Below are positions 51,093-61,205 of a stretch of DNA of 64,000 bases, in pieces (the first letter of the stretch is position 1; every line of letters starts with the position of its first letter). Position numbers and translations under genes: made by a program. Origin of the DNA: Aureliella sp. (GTDB lineage Bacteria; Planctomycetota; Planctomycetia; Pirellulales; Pirellulaceae); NCBI GenBank assembly GCA_963691875.1, contig OY829846.1, forward strand, positions 1,440,001-1,504,000, given 5' to 3'. The notes under the pieces were generated by a model, which was not told the DNA's origin, did not search any database, and was given only the letters and a program-made list of their open reading frames with translations.

Positions 51093-52666
51093 TGGCCACT
51101 CGACGATGCATTGCCAGTCGGTGGACCAAGTGGCGGATTACGAAACGGGGGGCCTGGCTGAAACTGATTTACTGGTCCAGGTGCGAGGCTGCCACGCGCC
51201 CCGGGAATCGCCTGTGCTCCGATTGGTCCATTCTCAGGTGGCGGTGCTTGGCCCTGTTGCCACATCGGATGATCAGGCCAAGTCGCCTGTGCCTTTTGCA
51301 AAGCTGCATCGGCTGATTCAATCTTACCCGTTGCATCGTAAGTCGCTGCGAGCAACACGTAGGACTCCACGCTCGGGCTTCTTTCAACGACTGTTGCTGC
51401 CAACACCAGTGCGTCTTCGGGACGACTCATGGCCATGTAGAGCTTACAAAGCGACGCCTGAGCAAGCGTGCCGTCAGGATCTTTGCGAATCGCTGTCTGC
51501 AGAGTACTAACCGCTTCCTGCGCCAACCCGACCTTCGAAAGCAGACTCGCTAAGTTGACGTCGTTCAAGATGTTTTCGGGCTGTTTCGCGACAAGTATTC
51601 GGTGTACTGCGATTGCCCTGCCAACTTCGCGTTGCTCTAACAAGATGCTCGCAAGCGAAAGGTAGGCCTGGATGCCATTCGGATTGATCGCGATGGCTTC
51701 GCGCACCCAATCCTCAGCAGAGTCGTTGTCGCCATTTTGATTGGCGACCGATGCAGAAGCCAAGTAGAGATTAAATCCAATCTGCCGCAGAGCGCTGGAG
51801 TAACGTTCTTGGAAGCCATCTTGATTTACTTCGGTCTTTTTTTGTTGCATCCCTTGGATCTGGGTGCGAACCTCCCTTGCTTCGTCGGTCTTCTTTTGCC
51901 GTTGCAATGCACCGGCCAAAGTAAACAGCGCGGCTTCGTTTGGCCCGCTCAACTCTATAGCTTTGCGGATGCTCGCCTCAGCTTCCGCAAAGGCATTGCT
52001 CTGCATCTGAACGCGAGCCAGGTTTTTCCAAAGCTCGGGACTCGTTGAGTATTGAGACGAGCACTGCTGCAGCAGCTCACGTGCTTCCTCGATATTCCCA
52101 AGGTTCTCATGAGCTTGGGCGAGATTGAGAAAGAGACCTTCTGATTCGAGCCCGTTCAGTCGCGCTTGTTCAAGCAGCTCAATAGCGCTACTTTCCTCTC
52201 CTGTTTGCATCTTGATTTTGGCTAGCCCCAGATAGGGGCCCAACTTGATGCGCGTCATCGAGAGGGCATGTTGCCAAGACTCAGCAGCCAGCTTACTTTG
52301 TTTCAACTCCATGTAAAGCTGAGCGGCGACGTGATGGGCGGCTGGGTTCTTACCCTGCTTAGATCGCAGCGTTTCTGCTAGTTGAGTCAGCTTTGCCCGA
52401 AGCGTTTCGACATCCACGTTCTTGGCCGCGGAGGGCAAACCCAGTTCGGCGATCGTGACTGATGTGTACTCGAAGTCTTTGCCCGGCAGTGTTGGGCCCG
52501 CAGCAACCGCTTCCGCCCCAGGCGTCTCGCCCGCTGCTGCTACTTCCTCAATTTCGTCCATTGGTGTCAGAAGAACGACGACACAAATGATCGCCGCTGC
52601 TCCCAGAATGCTTACCAGGAAAATGGCGACTGAGTTGTTATTTTTTTTGGGCGGGGACAAGTTCAC
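51089..52666 (-). CDS. Membrane-anchored TPR protein
   Basis: N-terminal TM helix, TPRs (LFLNLAQAHENLGN, LWKNLARVQMQ, AYLSLASILLEQ) and a Pro-rich C-terminal tail. Confidence 0.85.
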   Translation of the reverse strand: MNLSPPKKNNNSVAIFLVSILGAAAIICVVVLLTPMDEIEEVAAAGETPGAEAVAAGPTLPGKDFEYTSVTIAELGLPSAAKNVDVETLRAKLTQLAETLRSKQGKNPAAHHVAAQLYMELKQSKLAAESWQHALSMTRIKLGPYLGLAKIKMQTGEESSAIELLEQARLNGLESEGLFLNLAQAHENLGNIEEARELLQQCSSQYSTSPELWKNLARVQMQSNAFAEAEASIRKAIELSGPNEAALFTLAGALQRQKKTDEAREVRTQIQGMQQKKTEVNQDGFQERYSSALRQIGFNLYLASASVANQNGDNDSAEDWVREAIAINPNGIQAYLSLASILLEQREVGRAIAVHRILVAKQPENILNDVNLASLLSKVGLAQEAVSTLQTAIRKDPDGTLAQASLCKLYMAMSRPEDALVLAATVVERSPSVESYVLLAATYDATGKIESADAALQKAQATWPDHPMWQQGQAPPPENGPIGAQAIPGARGSLAPGPVNQFQPGPPFRNPPLGPPTGNASSSGQ

Positions 52667-53030
52667 TTTGAAATCCTTGCAGGCGAAAGCTCAGTTCCTC
52701 TTGCTTCTTAGCAGTTTAAGTGAGCTAGGAAATCTACGGGAGCGCAATGAAGCAATACCTATTGGGCTTACGCAGCAAAGGTGGGGTTGGGGGGCTTGGT
52801 TGGATTGAAGCAGTCGGTCCATTGGAAGAATACGAGCCAAGTCACTGAAAAGTTGTCATGTGACTTGAAACTCAAAGATATCATCGCCCCCGCAACCATA
52901 GGCACCGAGTCAGCACAAAGCCTTAGCTAAGGCGAACGGCAGAAAAACTTCCACCACTCGAAAGTGTATCCATTAAGGGAATACTGCTGGAAAACGAACT
53001 TGGATTGGTAGATCCGGACTCGGCTTGCGT

Positions 53031-53993
53031 CTATCTCAACTCGATTCCGGCTGATTCTAAGCAAGCCGGCGTTAGCCTTCCGTGCTGCAGCGCTAACCAA
53101 AGCAGAAGTCCCTTTTGGGCGTGCATCCGATTCCCTGCCTGACGGACGATCAGGCTGTTCGGACAGTCGATGACCTCATCCGTGATTTCCTCACCGCGTT
53201 TCGCTGGCAAGCAGTGTAAAACTTGGCAATGATCCGGTGCAAGTTGCATTAGCGCTGCGTTCAACTGGTAATCCGCGAAGTCCTTAAGGCGGCGTTCAGA
53301 TTCGGCTTCTTGCCCCATGCTAGTCCAGACATCGGTGTACACGAAATCCGCCTCAGCCATAGCGGCTTCTCGATCTTCCGTTTGCTGGAGATCACAGTCC
53401 GCATACGACGCCTCAAGCTTCTCGAGCGACCCGTCGACCATGAAATAAGCTTCTGGCCCTAGAAGTCGAAACCGCATACCACTGCGAGCACAGGCGTGCG
53501 CCAGAGAGCGAGAGACATTGTTGCCGTCGCCAACAAAAGTGACTTGCTTACCACGGATGCTCTCATGTTGCTCCATCATCGTCAGCATATCTGCCAGGGC
53601 CTGACAAGGATGCGTGTGGTCGGTAAGTCCATTGATGATCGGCACACAGTTGAAGCTTGCAAGTTCCTCGACTGTCGAATGTAGTTTGGATCTGCAGACC
53701 ACATAGTCAACGTACTCGGACAAAACGCGGATAAAATCTGCAGTGCTCTCGCGACTTTGCCAACCGACTTCTTGCCCAAGGAACAAACTGGCACCTCCGA
53801 GCTGGCTCATTCCGGTTTCGAAACTTACACGAGTACGAAGGCTCGGTTTTTCAAACAGCAAACCAGTCACTTGACGCGGGAGGAAGCTGGGGCGACTTCC
53901 GTCGAGTAGCAATTTCTTCACCTGCACCGCAATCGACAGGACCGACTCGTATTCGTCTTGTTGTAAATCAAATAGTGAAAGTAAGTGCCTCAC
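53031..53993 (-). CDS. argF: Ornithine carbamoyltransferase
   Basis: FEKPSLRTRVSFE, NGLTDHTHPCQALAD, GDGNNV, TDVWTSMGQE and HCLPAKRGEE. Confidence 0.95.
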   Translation of the reverse strand: MRHLLSLFDLQQDEYESVLSIAVQVKKLLLDGSRPSFLPRQVTGLLFEKPSLRTRVSFETGMSQLGGASLFLGQEVGWQSRESTADFIRVLSEYVDYVVCRSKLHSTVEELASFNCVPIINGLTDHTHPCQALADMLTMMEQHESIRGKQVTFVGDGNNVSRSLAHACARSGMRFRLLGPEAYFMVDGSLEKLEASYADCDLQQTEDREAAMAEADFVYTDVWTSMGQEAESERRLKDFADYQLNAALMQLAPDHCQVLHCLPAKRGEEITDEVIDCPNSLIVRQAGNRMHAQKGLLLWLALQHGRLTPACLESAGIELR

Positions 53994-54203
53994 TATTTTC
54001 CCTTTCTATTCAGTCATTTGAGCTTCCGCGCGAAACTCGTCTCACAATTGTGCTTTTGACTCTAGCCTGTGCTGTTTAAAGTGAGCCGCAGCTCCTTGAG
54101 GTGTCGGGCACGTTGTGTGGACATTCGGCAAAAATGCAGTAGTACAAACAGAAAAACCGGCGGCTAGAGCCAAAGCCGCTCACGCATTTGGACCTGAAAG
54201 GCC

Positions 54204-55733
54204 CTAACCTAAAGCTGCTTCGCTGTCGTCTTCTTCCAACTCATCATCTTCAAACTCGTCGTCGCCGTCATCCAGCTCTGCTTCCTCTTCGTACTCTTCC
54301 TCTTCCCCTGGGGCTGCCTCGTCTGATTCGTCTTCCTCCAACACCTCATCGCCCGCGAGCTCTTCTTCTTCGAGATCAGAAGCGTCCGACTCTTCAAAGC
54401 AGTCGGTGTCGGCAGCTTCGTCGTCCTCGGCTGCTTGATCAAGCTGCTCGGCTACTTCACCATGCTCCGCTTTTTGATCTGGCTCATCGTAAGCAGGAGT
54501 CGTCGTTGGAGCAGCACCAGGAATAACCATCGTAGTGCAGAAATCTCTCACGGCTTTAGCGAAAATCTGCATGCCACATTCAATCTCGGATTCAGAGATA
54601 TTCATCGCAGGTAGCAAACGCAGCACATTGCCTTGCGTGCAGTTGACCAGCAGCCCCTGTTCCAAGCACTTCTCCACCACTTCGCTTGCGTCGTGTTCCA
54701 GCTCGATCCCGATCATCACGCCAACTTGTCGCACTTCTCGAATCTGTTCGCATTCGTCCTGCAACTGAGAAAGCCAATTGGCAAACAGCTCGGCATTTTG
54801 CTTCGTACGCTCTAGCAATCCCTCTTCCTCGATCGTTTCCAGCATGGCGATCCCGGCAGCAGCCGCGATTGGATTGCCGCCAAAAGTACTCGCGTGCATA
54901 CCGGGCACAAGGCTCTGAGCCACCTCCGTCTTAGCCAACAACGCGCCGCCAGCCAGTCCGCCGCAAAGTGATTTTGCAAGGGTGAGCATGTCAGGCTCGA
55001 CGCTAAAATGCTGGTACCCAAACCAGTCGCCCGTGCGACCGCAGCCAGTTTGAACTTCGTCAAAGATCAACAACAAGTTGTGCTCATCGGCTAAGCTTCT
55101 TAGGCCATTCAAAAACTTTGCGCCGCCAATCTGCACCCCGCCCTCACCTTGGATGGGCTCGACCAAGATTGCACCGGTGGCGCCGTCGATCTTTCGCTCT
55201 GCAGCAGCAAGATCACCAAACGGAGCGTAGCTAAAACCGGCCAGCATCGGCCCCAGCCCGGCGTGATATTTTGGCTGAGCCGTGGCAGCGAGCGCACCGA
55301 ACGTACGCCCGTGAAAGCCGCCTTGGAAGGTCAAGATCTTGAAACGCTCACCACCCTGATGCAGTCTTGCCAGCTTGATTGCCGCTTCGTTCGCTTCAGC
55401 TCCACTATTACAGAAAAAGGCTTGGCCGCCAAAACTTCGCTCGTTGAGCATCTGAGCCCAAACCCCCTGTTGCGTCATGTGCCAGGTGTTAGGAACGTGG
55501 ATTAACTTCTCAACTTGACGCTGGACGGCTGAAACAATTTTCTCAGGGCAGTGCCCCAATAGGTTGCATCCCCAGCCTGGAAAGAAATCAAGGTACTCAC
55601 GTCCTTCGCTGTCCCAAACCCTGGAACCGGAACCTCGCACCAAGTTTACGGGGTAGCGGCGGTAGTTCCCGATGACATGCTTCTCAAAAATCGAGACGGA
55701 TTCTTCCGATGAAAGCTTCTCAATCGCTGTCAT
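54204..55733 (-). CDS. argD: Acetylornithine aminotransferase with polyacidic C-terminal extension
   Basis: FFCNSGAEANEAAIK, FHGRT, EPIQGEGG, FDEVQTGCGRTG, TLAKSL, HASTFGGNP and VLRLLPA; lies between argB and argF. Confidence 0.93.
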   Translation of the reverse strand: MTAIEKLSSEESVSIFEKHVIGNYRRYPVNLVRGSGSRVWDSEGREYLDFFPGWGCNLLGHCPEKIVSAVQRQVEKLIHVPNTWHMTQQGVWAQMLNERSFGGQAFFCNSGAEANEAAIKLARLHQGGERFKILTFQGGFHGRTFGALAATAQPKYHAGLGPMLAGFSYAPFGDLAAAERKIDGATGAILVEPIQGEGGVQIGGAKFLNGLRSLADEHNLLLIFDEVQTGCGRTGDWFGYQHFSVEPDMLTLAKSLCGGLAGGALLAKTEVAQSLVPGMHASTFGGNPIAAAAGIAMLETIEEEGLLERTKQNAELFANWLSQLQDECEQIREVRQVGVMIGIELEHDASEVVEKCLEQGLLVNCTQGNVLRLLPAMNISESEIECGMQIFAKAVRDFCTTMVIPGAAPTTTPAYDEPDQKAEHGEVAEQLDQAAEDDEAADTDCFEESDASDLEEEELAGDEVLEEDESDEAAPGEEEEYEEEAELDDGDDEFEDDELEEDDSEAALG

Positions 55734-55785
55734 TTCAACTTCTCATGCTTGATAAACAACAAGGTGCCGTGATGCTGATCGGCTC

Positions 55786-56676
55786 TTAGTTTTTCGGCAG
55801 CGGTACAATTTCCGTTCCGACACCACTGGTGGTGTAGATCTCGAGTAGCAATGAGTGCCGAAGCTTGCCGTCAATGATATGCACCTTACTAACTCCGCGT
55901 CCCAGGGTTGCGAGACACGCTTCGATTTTTGGAATCATCCCTGCATCAATGACACCCGAATCGATCAGTTCCCGAGCCTGCACTTCATTGAGTGAATGAA
56001 TGATCGTCGACGCGTCGTCCTTGTCTTGCCGCACGCCGTTCACGTCGCTCAGAAAAACCAGCTTTTCTGCGTTTAGCGATTCCGCAACGGCCATGGCTGC
56101 AGTGTCCGCATTGACATTGTACTTCTGGTCAGTTTTATCAATACACATCGAAGGAATCACAGGGACCTGATTTGCGTCCAGGATTCTTTCGATAGCGCCA
56201 CGATCGACTTGATTCACTTCACCAACAAAGCCCAAGTCCATCTCAGCCCCATCGGGCCCGTTGAGCGATAGCTTCTGTCCTGTTAAGACATTCGTGCCAC
56301 CGGCAAAGTTCAGGTTAACGGCTCGGCCGCCCAGTCTTTCTATTTCGTCGGTAAGGAATTGCGTGATTTCCCCCGCCAATACCCGCTCAACGATTTCCAA
56401 AGTGGGCGCGTCGGTGATTCGACGACCATGAACCCACTGAGCTTCGATCTGCGCTTCTTCCATCGCCTTGTTGATCCGAGCACCACCACCGTGCACAATC
56501 ACAGGCTTCATTCCTACGGTTTCCATGAAGATCACATCTAACAACAGGTGCCGGAGAGCCGCCATGTCCTCCAGCAAGCTTCCGCCAAGTTTAATGACCG
56601 TCGTCTTGCCTCGAAAATTACGAATCCAGCCCATCGCTTCGATCAGCGTATCAGCTTTGGATATCGCATCTTGCAC
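55786..56676 (-). CDS. argB: Acetylglutamate kinase
   Basis: [41 protein letters not shown] and [22 protein letters not shown] start at 56676. Confidence 0.95.
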   Translation of the reverse strand: MQDAISKADTLIEAMGWIRNFRGKTTVIKLGGSLLEDMAALRHLLLDVIFMETVGMKPVIVHGGGARINKAMEEAQIEAQWVHGRRITDAPTLEIVERVLAGEITQFLTDEIERLGGRAVNLNFAGGTNVLTGQKLSLNGPDGAEMDLGFVGEVNQVDRGAIERILDANQVPVIPSMCIDKTDQKYNVNADTAAMAVAESLNAEKLVFLSDVNGVRQDKDDASTIIHSLNEVQARELIDSGVIDAGMIPKIEACLATLGRGVSKVHIIDGKLRHSLLLEIYTTSGVGTEIVPLPKN

Positions 56677-57013
56677 GTGAAGTCCTCGCGTCAAATGGGA
56701 TTGGGAAAAGCGGGTCATCCTAAACCAAAGCCGCAAATCGAGTCAATTGCCTGCGTTCTGGATAGGCGTGAAGATCGCGGGAACCTCATCTCGCCGCAAC
56801 TGCAGCTTTGAGATATCCGTCGCAGAATAAGAAATTCCGATATTAGACCCGTTCGACATTGCGAATATGTATCACGTGGATACGTGATGATGCATAAAGC
56901 GAGAGGCTAAGGGTTCCGATATTTTAGTTTCCCGTTCACCATTCAATTTCGTTCCCCGAATTCAATGCGGTTGCGCGCCGAGTTCTGACTCTAGGAGTCG
57001 TGAGAAACCATCA

Positions 57014-57048
57014 AGAAAGAGGCGAAGCAAGGTTCCCCCTGCTTCGCC
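57014..57048 (-). terminator. Intrinsic terminator downstream of the EF-G remnant
   Basis: Minus strand GGCGAAGCAGGG-GGAA-CCTTGCTTCGCC-TCTTTCT. Confidence 0.7.
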
Positions 57049-57077
57049 ACAGTCGATCAATCAAACTGCTTCTCGGC

Positions 57078-57419
57078 CTATACCAATGCAGTAGCTTCCA
57101 CTAACGCCGACGCTTCCATGTAGCCAGAAAACGTCATGCTTAAGGTGTCATGACCTTTGGGCATCGTTTGCACGTCATCGGAGTAGTTGAAGAGCTCCGC
57201 CAGAGGTACCTCGGCACGAATCGTACACTCAACGCCTTTTACTTCGCTATCCTCGACCGTGCCGCGGAGCTTGCTCAAATGAGCGGAAACGGTGCCCTGG
57301 AATGCTTCCGGAATTTGTACTTTCAGTTGCATCCAAGGTTCCAGCGTCGCCAAATTAGCTTGCGGCAGAATGCACTCACACATCGCTTCCTTGGCACACT
57401 CATGAAAAGCCATGTCGGA
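57078..57419 (-). pseudogene. Elongation factor G C-terminal fragment (end of domain IV + domain V)
   Basis: SDMAFHECAKEAM, LEPWMQLKVQIPEAFQGTV..LSKLRG and IRAEVPLAELFNYS..LSMTFSGY; no GTPase domain upstream. Confidence 0.8.
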
Positions 57420-58065
57420 CTTTCTTTTGATATCGGCCATCGGTCTGAACGACACGAATGCGAACAAACTGAAACTTTCCGTCAGGTCCATTTTACAATC
57501 GCTCCGAGAAACCCTTCTCGATGCTGCGGAAATACTCGCTAGGAACACAACCATCTGTCAAGGACACAAAGGTATTAAAAAGACTTAGAGTTTATAAAGT
57601 TGTCAGCGCGCGGCAATTCACGGGGTACGGAAGCAGAGCTGCGCGAGATCTAGCCTCCGGCTATTACGAGAGCCCACTGCGTACCGAGATGGAGAACACA
57701 CTTCAGAGGACCAGATGGAGGTTGAAAGCTACTGACTCGTGGGAACGGAACTTGATTCCACGCAGAACGGCATACGAGGTTCAAACATACTGTCCCGAGA
57801 CGTGGATGGAAATTCTTCGAGACACGCTGCAATGCAATTCGGATTGAACACAGCACTATATAGTTGAGCGTTTTCCCTTCGCAAAACCTAGGATTTCAAA
57901 GATGGACCAAGTCGCTTGAATGGTCGCTGTTCCTGTTGAAAAGACTGCAAACTCGGCGGTTAAATACAGTTCCACTGAACAATTTCTCTATGATATTCTC
58001 AGCCATTAAGACAGCGCTGAGCAAAAATGGGTTCGCGTCCTCAAAAGTTTTTCAGGACGTTCCCG

Positions 58066-58755
58066 TCATGCGTGCGAGAAGCGATTCTCCATAGTTGCGT
58101 CCCGTTTACTCGCTCTCCAGACCTCAAAGCTCAGCAAGGGCAAGATCCAGCTCGTCCAGGCGTTGATCTGGTAGAACGTCGGAGAGTCCAATTGCGAGAC
58201 AATCGCGACTCCAGAACAAACGCGCAGGAAAAGCGGCGAGAGCAAAAGCACAAAGAGCCGTGTTGCCCAAAGACGATGCTGCTTCACTTTTTTCTGGCGG
58301 ACGCGAAAAAGAGCCATCGCTGCAGTGAGCCCAGTAGCTACAGAGAGAGCAAAAAAGCCGATCTGGGAGACGGGACCGGCGGTCGCTCTTAACGACAACA
58401 CGAGACCACTAGGCACAAGTAGCAGGAAGATCAGTAACATCTGTAAACGCCCGAGGAATCGGTGCAAAGACAAGTTCCGGCGGCTACGTTTCCACTGCAA
58501 GAAAACGGCAAGAAGCAGGACAATGGGACTTGCGAGGACATGAATATAGAACCCCAGTTTCCAGATCCCAGCAAAGTCCGTCGTGTGACCTGCCAAGAAA
58601 AACGACTCGGTGAAGTTTGGCGGGAAATACCAACGATACTCGAACACAATCCTAAATAGAATGCGCATCCCCAGTAGCATTCCGCAGCCGATAAGGATTT
58701 GCGAAAAGCGACGCGATGCAAAAAGACGTGATGGTGATCGTTTGACAACAGACAT
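58066..58755 (-). CDS. DUF2306-like membrane protein
   Basis: FYIHV, LHRFLGRLQ..LVPSGL and HRLWATRLF..LRV; multiple TM helices. Confidence 0.75.
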   Translation of the reverse strand: MSVVKRSPSRLFASRRFSQILIGCGMLLGMRILFRIVFEYRWYFPPNFTESFFLAGHTTDFAGIWKLGFYIHVLASPIVLLLAVFLQWKRSRRNLSLHRFLGRLQMLLIFLLLVPSGLVLSLRATAGPVSQIGFFALSVATGLTAAMALFRVRQKKVKQHRLWATRLFVLLLSPLFLRVCSGVAIVSQLDSPTFYQINAWTSWILPLLSFEVWRASKRDATMENRFSHA

Positions 58756-58777
58756 TGGATGAACACGCTCGAGGCCA

Positions 58778-60157
58778 TCATTCGGAGGCTACTATCACGC
58801 CTAGAATATCATCCTCTCGCACCCGCCCCAAACCATTTCGACTGTCATGCGACACAACCATGTTATCTCCAATCAAGAAATAGCCCTTGGTTTCATAACT
58901 TGCCTTCGCCATCGCGGCTTGGCCGCCTGACAGCCGTGGTGCATCAGAGCGCAAGAAAAGATCCCGTGATAGCTCGAGCTTCTCAATCGCGATGTTGCCC
59001 TTACATTGAATCGAAAACCAGCTACCGGGGTTTTCACGATTCACTGTTTCTGTTGATGCGGAGTCACTGTAAGTCCAGCTGTGATTCCGTAACGCCGAGG
59101 CTAAGACTCTTCCGTCACAGAATGCGACCGTCGCTTCGTCGGCAACTTGTAGGGTGAATTGGTTAGGAGCAGCCGCAAGCGTTGGGGATGAGCTCGCCGA
59201 AGGCGCGAGGATGAAGGTGAGTAACTGTTCTCCAATCTGACAGTCGAGTTCAACCGGCACTGTAATCTGTTCTTCCAGCTTGATGTTCAAGCAGAAGTCC
59301 CCAACGAATCGCAGGTCGGTCGAAGTCGCAGCGTTCTGTGCCAAACCGTCGTGGATTCTAGCTGCTCGTAGCCAGTCTTTCGGTGCTTTTTCATGAGCAT
59401 GAACTGGGGCGGGCTCAGCGTATTCCCAGAGAAGCTCTTGTTCCGCCAAGAGATGTAGTCTCTCCTGACTAAACGCCGATGGTTGGAGCGGCCCCTCCGC
59501 AATTTTCCAATTCCCGACCGGATGTCGAAGAGATGTGATCGGGACAGCAACGCGTCTGAATTCCTGAATTGATTTCAAAAACATTTCTCCATTTAGGAAT
59601 AACTCTCCTTCTTTGAATTCAACACTTTCACCCGGCAAAGCCAGGACGCGTTTGAGCAAAGGATGCGCGCGGTCATCAGTTCGAATCAGCACACACTCCC
59701 ATCGCTGTGGAGACGCAACAAGCTTGGGCTCGACGATGGCGCCAGGAACATACCCGTACTGCGATGGACCAACTTTGCAAATCTCGCACTCATATTTTAA
59801 AGCCTTGCTTTTCGTTGGCGCAGTGATCTCCAACCTGCGTCCATGATCACAACGCAAAGCGATGGCGTTTCCGCAGAATGGACATCGGTGCCCTCGGGAT
59901 AGCGCGGGCTCGCGATAGTCTTCCAACGAAATTGCTGAGGCTTGACCGCATTGTCCGCAAACTACCGACAGACGTGGTCCTGAAAGTCGAGGAGCCATAG
60001 ACGATGAGCCAATTTGGAATTTTCCTTCCTGGCTGAGAGTAGATTCGTTGCTTTGCGGATCGAGTTCGAAGTACCGGCCGCATCCAACCGCCAAAGCACA
60101 GCAGAGCAATACTGCTGCTAAGCTTCTTGTTGCACCTGTTTTTTGTTCCTCATCCAT
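58778..60157 (-). CDS. Signal peptidase I family (S26) protein with Cys-pair inserts
   Basis: GSSSMAPRL (catalytic Ser), LLKRVLALPGE (catalytic Lys) and YFLIGDNMVVSHDSR; CGQC, CPFC and CEIC. Confidence 0.85.
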   Translation of the reverse strand: MDEEQKTGATRSLAAVLLCCALAVGCGRYFELDPQSNESTLSQEGKFQIGSSSMAPRLSGPRLSVVCGQCGQASAISLEDYREPALSRGHRCPFCGNAIALRCDHGRRLEITAPTKSKALKYECEICKVGPSQYGYVPGAIVEPKLVASPQRWECVLIRTDDRAHPLLKRVLALPGESVEFKEGELFLNGEMFLKSIQEFRRVAVPITSLRHPVGNWKIAEGPLQPSAFSQERLHLLAEQELLWEYAEPAPVHAHEKAPKDWLRAARIHDGLAQNAATSTDLRFVGDFCLNIKLEEQITVPVELDCQIGEQLLTFILAPSASSSPTLAAAPNQFTLQVADEATVAFCDGRVLASALRNHSWTYSDSASTETVNRENPGSWFSIQCKGNIAIEKLELSRDLFLRSDAPRLSGGQAAMAKASYETKGYFLIGDNMVVSHDSRNGLGRVREDDILGVIVASE

Positions 60158-60299
60158 GCAGGTATTGTAGCTTCCCTAACGCATTCGCTCCGAGCCCAGT
60201 TTGATGTAGTCTATAAAGCTGTTTTCGTTTTGAATGGTTGCCAGCCGATCTTGATTCCAGAAGGACTCCAGCTGGGGCACCTCCACCTTGGGACACAAT

Positions 60300-60720
60300 C
60301 ATGCAACCAAATTACCGATTCACTGAGGGTCGAGATCTGTTTCGCGAATCGACAATCTACACGGATTCGCATACTTTACTTTGCGATCGAACAATCAAAG
60401 ATGGTAGTTTCCCTCGCATCACAGGATCCGCAAGTTGGGATGCTCAATCGAAGTTCTGTATCCAAGTATTGGTAATTTCTGCTTAGCCCTCGAAGTTGAA
60501 CCACAAAGGCGAGAGGCCAGAAAATAAATGAGGCAGCCAACGAAATCATAAAGATCATGATGCTATCCGCGTGCTCCTGTTCCTCAACCGACTTGCTTCT
60601 ATTCAGAAATCTCCGCCATCTTCGTTGTATTGACACCACCATGACGGCAAATGTTCGGGAATTTGGTGCGTGTCAAAACGCGGGCTGATACGCCCGAGTC
60701 CTCGGGTGGAGCCGCCATGT
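60300..60720 (-). pseudogene. Possible decayed small membrane protein gene
   Basis: Fragments KFPNIC.. and IMIFMISLAASFIFWPLAFVV..LSIPTCGSC lie in different frames with stops; not identified. Confidence 0.25.
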
Positions 60721-61065
60721 CTGTCCTGCAACTCGGGCAGATTTAGTCTTTCGATGAAATCACTCGCATGAATCAGTGTGGACACTCTGGGAGCATAATG
60801 ATCGTCTCGTCGCAATAGAATACTCTGTTGTCCGTGCACATGGACTTCGCGGGACAATGACGAATCTCGAAGCCGTTGACAGACGGCACTCGTTAAGACG
60901 ACACTAGCTTTGCCGCAATAACCTAGTCTTGCACCCGGGCACTCGACTTTGGCACGTCCTGCGTAGATGAGCCAATGAAAACAGTGCTCAAGACCTGAGA
61001 ATCGAAGCAGGATCCTCTCTAGCGGAAGATAACGCCCCCTTGCGAGCTCAAACGGCTATCTATGG

Positions 61066-61094
61066 TTGACATCGGCCGCCATAGCCAGCATCTT
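61066..61094 (+). promoter_or_regulatory. Possible sigma70 promoter for leuCD
   Basis: TTGACA-17 bp-CATCTT, about 110 bp upstream of leuC. Confidence 0.3.
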
Positions 61095-61205
61095 TGTGGC
61101 TAAATACCTGCAAACAGGCTGCTGCGGATACTAAAACAGAACCGATCAAGGCGTCAAACGGTCTCAAGATTGCGGGACTGTTTAGCTTCCTAAAAAGGGA
61201 AATAG

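Noticed and set aside
52885..52900. GCCCCCGCAAC resembling a cobalamin riboswitch box
   Set aside because: Other conserved elements are missing and there is no downstream gene on that strand.
53031..53993. SLRT motif suggesting an N-acetyl/succinyl-ornithine carbamoyltransferase
   Set aside because: The SMG ornithine-binding loop (DVWTSMGQE) and HCLP are present, consistent with ordinary ArgF.
54151..54180. Terminator between argD and argF
   Set aside because: The stem is short and the U-tract is separated from it; too weak to call.
60900..61205. Leucine attenuator upstream of leuC
   Set aside because: No Leu-rich leader peptide or terminator hairpin was found.
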